In this document: in pieces, positions 48,678 through 59,900 of the stretch
Layout: each line of letters begins with the position of its first letter
Position numbering within the stretch: position 1 is the stretch's first letter
Assembly (NCBI GenBank): GCA_964533725.1
Contig: CAZHMX010000001.1
Span: 1-63,336, forward strand
Direction of reading: 5' to 3'
Source: an uncultured Alistipes sp.
GTDB taxonomy: Bacteria; Bacteroidota; Bacteroidia; Bacteroidales; Rikenellaceae
Length of the DNA: 63,336 nt
The notes under the pieces: model-generated
Databases searched by the model: none
What the model was told of the DNA's origin: nothing
What the model saw: only the letters and a program-made list of their open reading frames with translations
Position numbers and translations under genes: made by a program

Positions 48678-49961
48678 TTACTCGGCCAACCAGGCCTCGA
48701 TGGTGGCGTAGGCCTCGTCGCGCATCTGCTCGGGCAGGGTGTTGATGCGGGTGCGGTGGCTGCCGTCAGGCTCGATGTAGACCTTCATGTTCTGTTTGCC
48801 GAGCTTTGAAACCCACGTGGCACCCGGAACGGTCCAGGGGTCGTTGCCGCCGTAGATGAAGATCATCTTGGGGTCGTTCCGCTTCAGGAACCGGGTCACG
48901 CGGTTGCAGAGCGTCTTGTCGAACTTGTCGTTCTGCAACTCCTCGGGCAGGAAGATGCGGCGCAGGTAGTCTTTCGACGACTTGATCTTCAGCTCCTTGC
49001 GGAACGGACGGAGGTCGTAGGGGTAGTAGCCCAGTTCGCGGGCGGCCTGCACGAAGAAGGGCGAGGTGTCGCTCACCTTGATGAAATAGTCGGGGTCGCA
49101 GTTGCGCAGCAGGTGTTCCCCCAGCTCCTTGGCCGAGGCCTCCGGGGCGGGCAGGATGTCGGCCTTGCGGCCCCACTGCCAGAACGAGAAGGCGTACTCC
49201 AGGACGCAATAGTCGTAGACCTCCTCCACGGGGATGCGGAATTCGTAACCTTTCGAGGTGCAGTATTGCTCGAACATCGGCATGATCTCGTCTCGGTGGG
49301 CCAGCAGGCGGTGCTGGTAGTCGGTCACGGCCTCGCGGGTGGCGGCGTCGCCCACGCGCCCGAAGAAACCGTTGAAGCGCTTGTCCTCGGTCGACCGGCA
49401 GAGCGGACCGACGTAGGGAACCCAGATGTCGCAGTCCTCGGGGAACCAGGCGCAGAAGAGCATCGTGGTCGAACCGCCCTTGCTGATGCCCGAGGCGATC
49501 CATTTGCCGTTGTAGAGCCTGCCGAAGAGCTGACGCACGCGGTGGAGGTCATAGGCCGAGTTTTCGGCCGTGAGGTACTTCCAGTCGCAGGGTTCGGGGG
49601 TCGATTTGGCGAAGTAGCGGTGCTCGACAAAGACGATGTTGGTGTTGAACTTGCGGGAGATCTCCTCGCGGTAGCGGGGGTTCAGGCCGAAGGCGGCCCC
49701 GTAACCCTGCGTGATGAGCATCGTCGGACGGTCGTCGCCGGCGTGCATCACCAGCACGCGCTGCCGGAACGTCCCCGTGCCCGGGTGCAACTGGTCCAGT
49801 TCCTGGTCGATCATCACCTCGTAGCGCGATTCGAATTCGCCTGCGGGCAGCTCCGTGACGGCTTTCACGCCGTCGAGGCCCTCCAGGCGGGTCTTGAGGT
49901 CTTGTGCGGCGACGGTCAGCACGGCCAGAAGCAGCACCCATGTCAAAAGGTATCTTTTCAT
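48678..49961 (-). CDS. S28/S37-like serine aminopeptidase
   Basis: Signal peptide; VEHRYF, GISKGG, YGGNDPW motifs. Confidence 0.85.
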   Translation of the reverse strand: MKRYLLTWVLLLAVLTVAAQDLKTRLEGLDGVKAVTELPAGEFESRYEVMIDQELDQLHPGTGTFRQRVLVMHAGDDRPTMLITQGYGAAFGLNPRYREEISRKFNTNIVFVEHRYFAKSTPEPCDWKYLTAENSAYDLHRVRQLFGRLYNGKWIASGISKGGSTTMLFCAWFPEDCDIWVPYVGPLCRSTEDKRFNGFFGRVGDAATREAVTDYQHRLLAHRDEIMPMFEQYCTSKGYEFRIPVEEVYDYCVLEYAFSFWQWGRKADILPAPEASAKELGEHLLRNCDPDYFIKVSDTSPFFVQAARELGYYPYDLRPFRKELKIKSSKDYLRRIFLPEELQNDKFDKTLCNRVTRFLKRNDPKMIFIYGGNDPWTVPGATWVSKLGKQNMKVYIEPDGSHRTRINTLPEQMRDEAYATIEAWLAE

Positions 49962-49985
49962 CTGTTTCGGTATGGTTTGTTTCGG

Positions 49986-52112
49986 TTATTTTTCGCGGTC
50001 GAGCCCCATGCGGTCAATCAGGGCTTTGGTCTCGGGCTTGTGGCCGCGGAAGTCGACGTAGAGTTTCATCGGGTGCTCGCTGCCGCCCTTCGAGAGGAGT
50101 GTACGGAACTTCGAGGCCACCTCGGGGTTGTAGATGCCCTTCTCCTTGAAGAACGAGAAGGCGTCGGCATCCAGCACTTCGGCCCATTTGTAGCTGTAAT
50201 AGCCTGCGGCGTAACCGCCCGAGAAGATATGGCCGAACGAGGTGGCGCGGGTCGTCCCCTCCACGGCGGGCAGGATATCCGTCGGGGCGATCGCCTCGTG
50301 TTCGAATGCCTCGACATCGCCCGCGAAGGGTTTCTCGATCATGTGCCAGGCCATGTCGCCCATGCCGAACGACAGCTGACGCATGTTGAGGTAGGCGGCC
50401 AGATAGTTCTGTGCGTCGACGATCTTCTGGACCAGCTCCCCGGGGATCTTCTCGCCCGTCTGGTAGTGCACGGCCCAGAGGTCGAGGAAATCCTTCTCGA
50501 CGGCCCAGTTCTCCATGATCTGCGACGGCAGCTCCACGAAATCGCGATAGACGTTCGTGCCGTTCAGTGTCTCGTAACGGCCCTCGGCCAGCATGCCGTG
50601 CAGCGAGTGGCCGAATTCGTGGAGGAACGTGACGACCTCATCGAAGGTCAGCAGCGAGGGTTTGGTCTCGGTGGGCTTGGTGAAGTTCATCACTAACGAC
50701 ACTAACGGGCGGGTCTCCACGCCGTCGAACGACGACGAACCGCGGAATTCGGTCATCCAGGCGCCGGCGCGCTTCGAATCGCGCGGGAAGAAGTCCAGAT
50801 AGAGGATCGCCATCAGCCGGCCGTCGGCATCCGAGACCTCATAGGCCGTTACGTCGGGGTGATAGACCGCAATATCGGCCGAGGGTTTGAATTGCAGGCC
50901 GTAGAGTTTCGTGGCCAGCATGAAGACGCCCTGTTTGACGTGTTCGAGCTCGAAGTAGGGCTTGACGGCCTCGTCGTTGAGGCTGTAGACGTTCTGTTTG
51001 TATTGCTCCGACCAGTAGCCCCAGTCCCACGGCATCAGCCGTTCGCCGCCGAAACCGTTGGCTTTGGCGTAGGCGTCCACGCGGTCGTATTCGGCGCGGG
51101 CGTACTCCTTGGTGGCGTCCAGAAGCTCCTGCAGGAAGGCGTTGACCGTCTCGGGGTTCTCGGCCATGCGCTCCTCCAGGACGTAGGAGGCGTAGTTCTT
51201 GTAACCCAGCAGGTTGGCGATGGCCAAACGTTTGTTGACGATCTCGGTCAGCAGCGCGCAGTTGTCCCACCGGTCCTTGTAGGCCACGGTGTTGTAGGCG
51301 CGCCAGACCTGCTCTTTCAGCGCGCTGTCGGACGAGTAGGTCATGAAGGGGACGTAGCTCGGCGCCTTGAGGGTCACCGTCCAGCCCTTCTGGCCCCGGG
51401 CCTTGGCGTCGGCCGCCATCGATTCGCGCACGAAGTCGGGCAATTCGGCGACGCGTTTGGCATCGGTGATATTCAGCGCAAAGGCGTTGGTCGAGGCGAG
51501 CGAATTCTGACCGAATTGCAGTGAGGCCTTCGACAGGTCGCCCGAATATTGGCGATAGAGGGCCTTTTTCTCGTCGTCCAGTGCGGCGCCGTTGCGCGAG
51601 AAGCTCTTGTAAGTCTTCTCCAGCAGCATCTTGTCCTCGGCCGTGAGTCCGCAGCCGGGTTTCTCGTAGACGGCCTTGACGCGGGCGAACAGCTCGGGAT
51701 TCAGCGAGATGTCGTTCCGGTATTCGGTCATCTTGGGTTGCAGGCGCAAGGCGATCTCCTGCATCTCGTCCGACGTGTCGGCCTCCAACAGGTTGTAGAA
51801 GATGCCCGAGATCCGCTCCAAAAGCGAACCGCTGCGTTCCAGGGCGACGACCGTATTATAAAAGGTGGGCTTGTCGGGATTCTTGACGATGGCGTCGATC
51901 TCGGCGCGGGCGCAGGCTAATGCGGCGTCGAACGCGGGTTCGTAATCCGAGAGCGCGATACGGTCGAACGGGGGCGTCTGGCAGGGCGTCTCCCACGGGG
52001 CCAGAAGCGGATTGTCGGTGTCGATTTCGGGCAATACGGCCACGGGCATTTTGCGATCCACGCAGCCGCTCCCCCAAGCAGTAAGTGCCATAAGCAAGAG
52101 TAATTTTTTCAT
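49986..52112 (-). CDS. dcp: M3 metallopeptidase (peptidyl-dipeptidase Dcp-like)
   Basis: HEFGH, DFVELPSQ, GYYSYKWAEVLD. Confidence 0.92.
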   Translation of the reverse strand: MKKLLLLMALTAWGSGCVDRKMPVAVLPEIDTDNPLLAPWETPCQTPPFDRIALSDYEPAFDAALACARAEIDAIVKNPDKPTFYNTVVALERSGSLLERISGIFYNLLEADTSDEMQEIALRLQPKMTEYRNDISLNPELFARVKAVYEKPGCGLTAEDKMLLEKTYKSFSRNGAALDDEKKALYRQYSGDLSKASLQFGQNSLASTNAFALNITDAKRVAELPDFVRESMAADAKARGQKGWTVTLKAPSYVPFMTYSSDSALKEQVWRAYNTVAYKDRWDNCALLTEIVNKRLAIANLLGYKNYASYVLEERMAENPETVNAFLQELLDATKEYARAEYDRVDAYAKANGFGGERLMPWDWGYWSEQYKQNVYSLNDEAVKPYFELEHVKQGVFMLATKLYGLQFKPSADIAVYHPDVTAYEVSDADGRLMAILYLDFFPRDSKRAGAWMTEFRGSSSFDGVETRPLVSLVMNFTKPTETKPSLLTFDEVVTFLHEFGHSLHGMLAEGRYETLNGTNVYRDFVELPSQIMENWAVEKDFLDLWAVHYQTGEKIPGELVQKIVDAQNYLAAYLNMRQLSFGMGDMAWHMIEKPFAGDVEAFEHEAIAPTDILPAVEGTTRATSFGHIFSGGYAAGYYSYKWAEVLDADAFSFFKEKGIYNPEVASKFRTLLSKGGSEHPMKLYVDFRGHKPETKALIDRMGLDREK

Positions 52113-52204
52113 TGTATAACGGTTTTATTCATTTTTTCGTCTGTCGGTTTTCGTTGCCGCGGTTTCGATTTCGGCTATTGGGCGCTCTTCGCTCCGGCCG
52201 AAGA

Positions 52205-54439
52205 TCATTTCACCTCCTGCATATCCTCGGCCCGTTCTATGGGGGCGGGAAGATCCTTGATCCGGGATCCGGCGGCAACGGAGGCCGTGGCGGTCTCGGC
52301 CGGCTCCTCGGCGGGTTCGTCGACCAAACCGCGCGAGCGGAGCATGTGGATGGCTTCGGGTTCCTGGCCGCGGAAAGCACGGTACATCGTCATGCCGTCG
52401 GCCTCGCCGCCGCGTTTGAGGATCTCGTTGCGGAATGCGGCGGCCTTTTTGCGGTCGCAGATGTCGTCGCCCTCGGCAAAGTAGGCGAAGGCGTCCTTGT
52501 CGAGCACCTCGGCCCAAAGATAGAAGTAGTACCCCGACGAGTAGCCGCCCGAGAAGATGTGGGCGAAGTAGGGGTAGTGATAGCGCGGTTCGATCTGCGG
52601 AATCAGCCCCCGTTTTTGGTTCAGCACCCGGTGTTCGAAGGCGTTGACGTCGAGGTTCTTCAGCTCGGGCGATGCGGCCGTCAGCGAGTGGATCTCCAGG
52701 TCGCTCAATGCGGCGGCGGCCAGCTCGGTGGTCGTGAAGCCCTGGTTGAAGAGCCGGCTGCGCTGGAGACGCTCCATGATCGTTCGGGGAATCTCGCGGT
52801 GGTCGCGGTAGTGGGTGGCGTAGCGGGTCAGCAGTTCGGGATGGAAGGCCCAGTTCTCCATCACCTGCGAGGGCAGTTCGACGAAATCGCCCTCGACCTC
52901 CGACAGACCGCGGTAGCGTACGTCGTGGAAGAGGAAGTGCAGCGCGTGGCCGAATTCATGGAAGAGCGTCTCGGTCTCGTCGACGGTCAGCAGGGCCGGT
53001 GCCGACGAGGTGGGGCGGGTGAAGTTGGCCACGATGCCGACGACGGGGGCGATCCGCTCGCCGTCCGCGTAGCGCTGTTCGCGGAAATAGCCGCACCAGG
53101 CGCCGCCGCTCTTGCTCTTGCGCGGATGCAGGTCGAAGTAGAGGATGCCGATGTGGCTATCGTCCTCGTCGAGCACCTCGTAGGCCGTGGCCTCGGGGTT
53201 GTAGAGGGGCACCGACACGGGACGGAACGCGATGCCGTAGAGGCGGTTGGCCAAAAAGAAGATCCCGTCCATCACGTTCTCCAGAGCCAGATAGGGGCGG
53301 ATCATCTCCTCGTCGAAGTTGTAGTTGGCCTTGCGGACCTTCTCGGCGTAATACCACCAGTCCCACGAGGCGAATTCACTGTCGGGGAAATCCTTCCTGA
53401 AGAGGATCTCCATGGCGGCCAGCTCCTCTTTGGCGCGGTTCAGGGCGGGGGTCCACATATCGTCCAGCAACTTGAACGCGGCCTCGGGCGTGCGGGCCAT
53501 CTGGTCGGCGGTGACGTAGGCGGCGTAGCTCTTGTAACCCAAAAGGGTGGCCTTCTGCTGGCGAAGTTCGGTCATGCGGACGATCAACCCCTTGTTGTCG
53601 TTTCCGTTGCCGTTGTTGCCGCGCGAGATGTAACCCTTGTAGAGCTGTTCGCGCAGGTCGCGGCGCTGGGAGTAGGTCAGGAAGGGCAGCATCGAGGGCT
53701 TGGAGAGCGTGAAGAGGTATTTGTCGTTGTCCAATTCGGCCTGGGCGGCAGCCTCGCGGGCGGCCTCGATCACCCCTTGCGGAAGCCCCTTCAGGTCCTC
53801 TTTGGTGAGAACCAGACGGAAGGCGTCGTTCTCGGCCAGCAGGTTGTTCGAGAACTGTACCGACAGCAGGGCCAGTTCGCTGTTGATCTTCTGCAATTCG
53901 GCCTTGCCTGCGGCGTCCAGCCGGGCACCCGCACGCACGAAACGGTCGTAGGTCTTCTCCGTCAGGCGCAGTTGCGTGGGTGTCAGATCCAGACCCTCGC
54001 GCTTTTCGTAGACGGCGGCAATGCGGCCGAAGAGCTTTTCGTTCATCATGATGGCGTCGCTGTGGGCCGACAGCCGCGGCATCAGCTCCTGCTGGATGGC
54101 CTGGATCTCGGCGTCGGAATCCGATTCGGAGAGCATCCCGAAGATCGAACCGACGCGTTCCAGCTCACCGCCCGTGCTGTCGTAGGCCTCGATCACGTTG
54201 GCGAACGTCGGCTCGCTTTTGTCCGACGCGATGGCGTCGATCTCGGCGTTTTGGAGCGACATGGCCCGTTCGAAGGCGGGCATATAGTGCTCGGGGCGGA
54301 TCCGGTCGAAGGGCGGGATGCCGTAGGGGGTGTCCCACGCGCTGAAGAAGGGATTTTCGGTGGGCTGCTCGTGGCGGCAGGAGGTGTTGATCGATAACAT
54401 GGCAAGTGCGGTTGTCGCGGCTAAAAGAAGACGTTTCAT
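52205..54439 (-). CDS. M3 metallopeptidase, second paralogue (lipoprotein)
   Basis: Start MKRLLLAA, lipobox-like NTSC; HEFGH, DFVELPSQ, GYYFYLWAEVLD. Confidence 0.92.
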   Translation of the reverse strand: MKRLLLAATTALAMLSINTSCRHEQPTENPFFSAWDTPYGIPPFDRIRPEHYMPAFERAMSLQNAEIDAIASDKSEPTFANVIEAYDSTGGELERVGSIFGMLSESDSDAEIQAIQQELMPRLSAHSDAIMMNEKLFGRIAAVYEKREGLDLTPTQLRLTEKTYDRFVRAGARLDAAGKAELQKINSELALLSVQFSNNLLAENDAFRLVLTKEDLKGLPQGVIEAAREAAAQAELDNDKYLFTLSKPSMLPFLTYSQRRDLREQLYKGYISRGNNGNGNDNKGLIVRMTELRQQKATLLGYKSYAAYVTADQMARTPEAAFKLLDDMWTPALNRAKEELAAMEILFRKDFPDSEFASWDWWYYAEKVRKANYNFDEEMIRPYLALENVMDGIFFLANRLYGIAFRPVSVPLYNPEATAYEVLDEDDSHIGILYFDLHPRKSKSGGAWCGYFREQRYADGERIAPVVGIVANFTRPTSSAPALLTVDETETLFHEFGHALHFLFHDVRYRGLSEVEGDFVELPSQVMENWAFHPELLTRYATHYRDHREIPRTIMERLQRSRLFNQGFTTTELAAAALSDLEIHSLTAASPELKNLDVNAFEHRVLNQKRGLIPQIEPRYHYPYFAHIFSGGYSSGYYFYLWAEVLDKDAFAYFAEGDDICDRKKAAAFRNEILKRGGEADGMTMYRAFRGQEPEAIHMLRSRGLVDEPAEEPAETATASVAAGSRIKDLPAPIERAEDMQEVK

Positions 54440-54624
54440 CGGTTTATGCTGTTTTTTGCTTTTCTGTATTTCGGTGTTTCCGGTTGCGGTGTAAATGCGC
54501 GGTGCGTTCACACTTCGAGATCGACAAAGCGAAAAAGCCGCTGCGAAAGTGCGCTTTTCCTTTGCCGATTTCCGCGGTATTTACTACCTTTGCATTCTGC
54601 AAAGATACAAAAATATTTTCTCAA

Positions 54625-55374
54625 ATGCAACTCTTTTACGCTCCCGGTTTCACCGGCCCGCAATATACCCTCCCCGAGGAGGAGTCCAAACACTGCATCC
54701 GCGTCCTGCGGCTCCGTTGCGGCGACAGGCTGCACCTGACCGACGGGCGCGGCAACCTGTACGTCTGCCGCATCGCGGATGACCATCCGAAACGCTGCCG
54801 TGTGGAGGTGCTCTCGACCGAGACGCAGCGCGAGCCTTTGGGCTACCGCCTTCAGATGGCGGTGGCGCCGACCAAGAACGCCGACCGTTACGAGTGGTTT
54901 TTGGAGAAGGCCACCGAGATCGGTTGCACGGAGTTTGTACCGTTGGAGAGCCGGCACAGCGAACGGCGTTCGCTGAATCCGGACCGTTGCGCGAAGGTGG
55001 TGGTGGCGGCGATGAAACAGTCGCTCAAACGGTGGCTCCCCGAGTTGCGTCCGCTGACTCCGTTTTCGGCGCTGGTGGCGGCTCCGTTCGAGGGCCGGCG
55101 GTTTATCGCCCACTGCGACAGAGCGCAGACGGCTGCGGGCAAACGCCACCTGGCGGCGTTGCTGAAGGCGGGTGAGGCGGCGCAGATTCTGGTCGGTCCC
55201 GAGGGCGATTTTTCGCCCGAGGAGATTGCCGAGGCCGTCCGCGCGGGGTTCGAGGAGATCACGCTGGGGCGGCAGCGGCTGCGTACCGAGACGGCGGCCA
55301 CCGTGGCGGTGTCGATGGTGGCCGTACTGAACGATGTGGCGGCCGAAACGGGGGCCGAGGCAACGGCCGAATAG
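54625..55374 (+). CDS. rsmE: 16S rRNA m3U1498 methyltransferase
   Basis: HCIRVLR, EKATEIG, VGPEGDFS, LRTETA. Confidence 0.94.
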   Translation: MQLFYAPGFTGPQYTLPEEESKHCIRVLRLRCGDRLHLTDGRGNLYVCRIADDHPKRCRVEVLSTETQREPLGYRLQMAVAPTKNADRYEWFLEKATEIGCTEFVPLESRHSERRSLNPDRCAKVVVAAMKQSLKRWLPELRPLTPFSALVAAPFEGRRFIAHCDRAQTAAGKRHLAALLKAGEAAQILVGPEGDFSPEEIAEAVRAGFEEITLGRQRLRTETAATVAVSMVAVLNDVAAETGAEATAE

Positions 55375-55466
55375 AATCCGGGTCCGTCGGGCCGGCTGCG
55401 AGGATCGGAGGGTTCGCGCGGCGGCGGGGCAAAGACGGATGAAACAACGAAAAAAAAGATGACAGG

Positions 55467-56012
55467 ATGACAACAACGCTTTGGACGCTCTTTGTGTCGT
55501 TTTTCAAGATCGGGGTCTTCACCTTCGGCGGAGGGTATGCGATGATCCCGCTCATACAGCGCGAGGTGATCGACCGCCGGCGGTGGATCGACGGACACGA
55601 ATTTCTGGATCTGCTGACCCTGGCGCAATCTTCGCCCGGGCCTATTTCGCTCAATACGGCCATCTTCGTGGGGTACAAATTGCGCGGGGTAAGGGGGGCG
55701 GTGTCGTCGCTTTTGGGCGTGGTGGTGCCGTCGTTCGTCATTATTTTGCTGATCGCCCTCTTTTTTGCCGAATTCCGCACCAACCGCTGGGTCGATGCGG
55801 CTTTCCGGGGGATGCGTCCCGCGGTGGTGGCCTTGATTCTGGCGCCTGTGCTGTCGATGTCGCGGGGGATGCACCGGGTGCTGTATGCGGTCATCGCGGG
55901 TACGGCGCTGTTGATCTGGGGCGTGGGATTTTCGCCCGTCTATCTGCTTCTGCTGGGGGGCATCGGGGGTGTGATTTGGAGTTCGAAAACCGCTAAACGG
56001 CTGAAACGATGA
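55467..56012 (+). CDS. chrA: Short-chain chromate transporter subunit
   Basis: FGGGYAM, PGPISLN. Confidence 0.88.
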   Translation: MTTTLWTLFVSFFKIGVFTFGGGYAMIPLIQREVIDRRRWIDGHEFLDLLTLAQSSPGPISLNTAIFVGYKLRGVRGAVSSLLGVVVPSFVIILLIALFFAEFRTNRWVDAAFRGMRPAVVALILAPVLSMSRGMHRVLYAVIAGTALLIWGVGFSPVYLLLLGGIGGVIWSSKTAKRLKR

Positions 56013-56575
56013 TCTTTCTGCAACTCTTCTACAGCTATCTGAAAATCGGACTTTTCGGATTCGGAGGCGGTTATGCCATGCTCTCGCTGGTACAGAACGA
56101 AGTGGTCGTGCAGCACGGATGGATCTCGAACGCCGAATTTACCGATATCGTTGCCGTGTCGCAGATCACCCCCGGGCCGATCGCCATCAACTCGGCCACC
56201 TATATCGGCTACACGGTCGCTGCGCACGAGACGGGCAGCCCGTGGCTGGGACTTCTGGGGGCGCTGGTGGCCACGGTCTCGGTCTGCCTGCCCGCGCTGA
56301 CGATCATGCTTCTGCTGACGCGGTTTTTCCTGAAAATCCACGGCCATCCTTTGGTGACGGGGATCATGTCGGGTATGCGGCCCGTGGTGATCGGCATGAT
56401 CGCCTCGGCGGCCCTGCTGCTGATGTTCCCGTCGGAGGCCGAGGGCGGCAGTTTTATCGACGCGTGGAGCTGGATTCTTTTCGGCGGTGTCTTCGCCGCC
56501 TCGCTCAAAAAGCTGAACCCCATTCTCCTGATCGTCCTGTCGGCCGTCGCAGGGGTGTTGATCTACGGCATTTAA
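56009..56575 (+). CDS. chrA: Short-chain chromate transporter subunit
   Basis: FGGGYAM, TPGPIAIN; overlaps its partner gene (ATGA). Confidence 0.88.
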   Translation: MIFLQLFYSYLKIGLFGFGGGYAMLSLVQNEVVVQHGWISNAEFTDIVAVSQITPGPIAINSATYIGYTVAAHETGSPWLGLLGALVATVSVCLPALTIMLLLTRFFLKIHGHPLVTGIMSGMRPVVIGMIASAALLLMFPSEAEGGSFIDAWSWILFGGVFAASLKKLNPILLIVLSAVAGVLIYGI

Positions 56576-56817
56576 GCGTGTTGCGGCCCGGTCTCCGGAG
56601 ATGCCGGCAGTCCCAGCAGCTCGGCGGCGCGTCGGGCGTCGCCGGAACGGACCGTCAGACGCGCGGGCAGGGCGCCGGTAGGGTAGAGGGTCGCGGCATA
56701 TTCGTTGTCGATGCGGGCCTCGATGCCGCCGGCTTGCAGGCGCGAAAGGGCCAGTTCGGCCTCCATGACCTGGCCGTATTCGGCCAGGACGATCATTTTC
56801 TGCTCTTTTGTATCCAT
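56572..56817 (-). CDS. DUF2007-like small protein
   Basis: EAELALSRLQAGGIEARIDNE...LTVRSGDARRAAELL. Confidence 0.7.
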   Translation of the reverse strand: MDTKEQKMIVLAEYGQVMEAELALSRLQAGGIEARIDNEYAATLYPTGALPARLTVRSGDARRAAELLGLPASPETGPQHA

Positions 56818-56992
56818 TCTCGTAAAGTTTTTCGGGCCGTTACCGCAAAGGTTCTGAAACGGTTGGGCGAAGATTTCCGAACCGCTCCGCGAAAATTCTT
56901 TGTGCGGGTGGCGTTTTTTCTTGGCAAGTTGCAAGGATGCTGCCACGGTTTTTCGGGAAAAAGAGTTATCTTTGCGAAACAATTCGGAAACT

Positions 56993-59900
56993 ATGCAACA
57001 GTTCGTCCATCTACACGTCCATTCGCAATATTCGATCCTCGACGGTCAGGCCTCCATCGCCCGGTTAGTCGATAAGGCCATGGCGGACGGACAACCCGGA
57101 ATAGCGATTACCGACCACGGCAATATGTTCGGTATCAAGGAGTTTTATAACTACGTCAAAAAGAAGAACGGCAAGAAGCACGACCAGATCAAGGAGTCGA
57201 AAAAACTCCTCACGCAGATGGAGGTGCTGCTCAGGGAGCAGAGCGACCCCGCGGGCTATCTCGAGGGGCTGCGAGCGCAGCTGGCCGAGGCCGAACGGCG
57301 GAAGGAGGAGTCGCTGGATGCGGCGGAGGCCTATCTGAAGATCAGGGAGCAGGCCGATGCCGTCGGGAAGATGGCGAAGGATTTCGGTTTCGACGTGGAG
57401 CGGGCGAAGGAGAGGATCGCCGAAATGGAGGCCGTGCCCGACTTCAAACCCATCATCGGCTGCGAGGTCTATGTGGCCCGCCGCCGGTTGCAGGACCGCG
57501 AGGGCAAGCAGGACCAGAGCGGTTACCACCTGATCCTGCTGGCCAAGAACCTGACGGGATACAAAAACCTCGTCAAGATCGTCTCGAAGGCCTGGACCGA
57601 GGGCTTCTATATGCGTCCGCGTACGGATCACGCCGAACTGGAAAAGTATCACGAGGGGCTGATCTGCTGCTCGGCCTGTCTGGCGGGCGAGGTGCCGCGG
57701 GCCATCACGGCGGGCGATCTGGCGCGTGCCGAGGAGGCTGTTCTGTGGCACAAGCGGCTCTTCGGCGACGACTACTTTTTAGAGTTGCAGCTCCATAAGG
57801 CGACGGTCGAGCTGGCCAACCATGAGGCCTATCCGATGCAGCTGGAGGTCAACCGCCAGCTGCGCGAAATAGCCCGGAAACACAACGTCCGGATGGTCTG
57901 CACCAACGATGTGCACTTCGTCGACGGGGAGAACGCCGAGGCGCACGACCGCCTGATCTGCCTCTCGACGGGCAAGGATCTGGACGACCCGAAGCGGATG
58001 CGCTACTCGATGCAGGAGTGGATGAAGACCCGCGCGGAGATGGCGGCGATCTTCGGCGAGAGCGACCCCGAGGCGATGGCTACGACGGTCGACATTTGCA
58101 ACCGGGTGGAGTTCTATTCGATCGACCATGCCCCGATCATGCCCAACTTCGAGATCCCCGCGTCGTTCGGCACCGAGGCCCAATACCGCGAGCGCCTGAC
58201 CGAACGCGACCTCTTCGACGAGTTTACGCGCGACGAGAACGGCCAGGTGATCATGAGCGAGGAGGAGGGACAGAAGAAGATCGACAAGCTGGGCGGTTAT
58301 GACAAGCTCTACCGTATCAAATTCGAGGCCGACTACCTGCGCGAGCTGACGATGCAGGGCGCGGCCAAACGTTACGGCACGCCCCTTTCGGAGGAGGTGG
58401 TCGAGCGGCTGAACTTCGAGCTGCACGTGATGAAGACGATGGGTTTTCCGGGTTACTTCCTTATCGTGCAGGACTTTATCCGTGCGGCCCGCGAGGAACT
58501 GGACGTCTCGGTGGGTCCGGGCCGAGGTTCGGCGGCGGGTTCGGCGGTGGCCTATTGTTTGGGCATCACGCAGATCGACCCGATCGCCTACGACCTGCTG
58601 TTCGAGCGTTTCCTGAACCCCGACCGTATTTCGCTGCCCGATATCGACGTCGACTTCGACGACGACGGCCGCGGCCGCGTGCTGAACTGGGTGACCCAGA
58701 AGTACGGCAAGGAGAAGGTGGCCCACATCATCACCTACGGCACGATGGCCACCAAACTGGCCATCAAGGATGTGGCCCGGGTGCAGAAGCTGCCGCTGGC
58801 CGAGTCGGACCGCCTGTGCAAATTAGTGCCCGACAAACTGCCCAACGGCAAGCTCAATTTACAGAACGCCATCGACTATGTGCCCGACCTCAAGGCGGCC
58901 GAACAGTCCGACAATCCGGTGTTGAGCAACACGATCAAATATGCCAAGATGCTGGAGGGCAACGTCCGCAACACGGGCGTGCACGCCTGCGGCACGATCA
59001 TCTGCCGCGACGACATTACGGACTGGGTGCCCGTGTCGACGGCCGACGACAAGGAGACGGGCGAGAAGATGCTGGTGACGCAGTACGAGGGTTCGGTGAT
59101 CGAGGATACGGGCTTGATCAAGATGGACTTCCTCGGACTGAAGACCCTGTCGATTCTGAAGGAGGCGGTCGACAACATCCGCCAGACCAAGGGCATAGCG
59201 GTCGATATCGACGATTTTACGATCATCAACGATCCGGCAACCTATAAACTCTATTGCGAGGGCCGCACCGTCGGAACGTTCCAGTTCGAGTCCCCCGGCA
59301 TGCAGAAATACCTGCGCGAGCTGCAGCCCTCGACGTTCGAGGACCTGATCGCCATGAACGCCCTCTATCGCCCCGGCCCGATGGACTACATCCCCGACTT
59401 CATCGCCCGCAAGCACGGCCGCAGCCCCATCGTGTACGACATCGCGGTGATGGAGAAGTATCTAAAGGACACCTACGGCGTGACGGTCTATCAGGAGCAG
59501 GTGATGTTGCTGTCGCGACTTCTGGCCAACTTCACGCGCGGCGAGTCCGACACGCTGCGCAAGGCGATGGGCAAGAAACTCAAGGACAAGCTGGATGCGC
59601 TGAAGCCCAAGTTTATCCGCGGCGGACAGAAAAACGGACACGACCCCAAGGTGCTCGAAAAGATCTGGGCCGACTGGGAGAAATTCGCCTCCTATGCCTT
59701 CAACAAGTCGCACGCCACGTGCTACTCGTGGGTGGCGTATCAGACGGCCTACCTGAAAGCCAACTACCCGTCGGAATATATGGCCGCCGTGTTGAGCCGA
59801 AACCTCAACAACATCGAGCAGTTGACCGTCTATATGAACGAGTGCAAGCGCATGGGTATCCGTGTGATGGGTTCCGATATCAACGAATCGATGCGGTCGT

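Noticed and set aside
58150-58330. Second DnaE insertion (FGTEAQY...KLYRIK) as an intein or novelty
   Set aside because: No splicing motifs; recalled as a normal Bacteroidales DnaE feature
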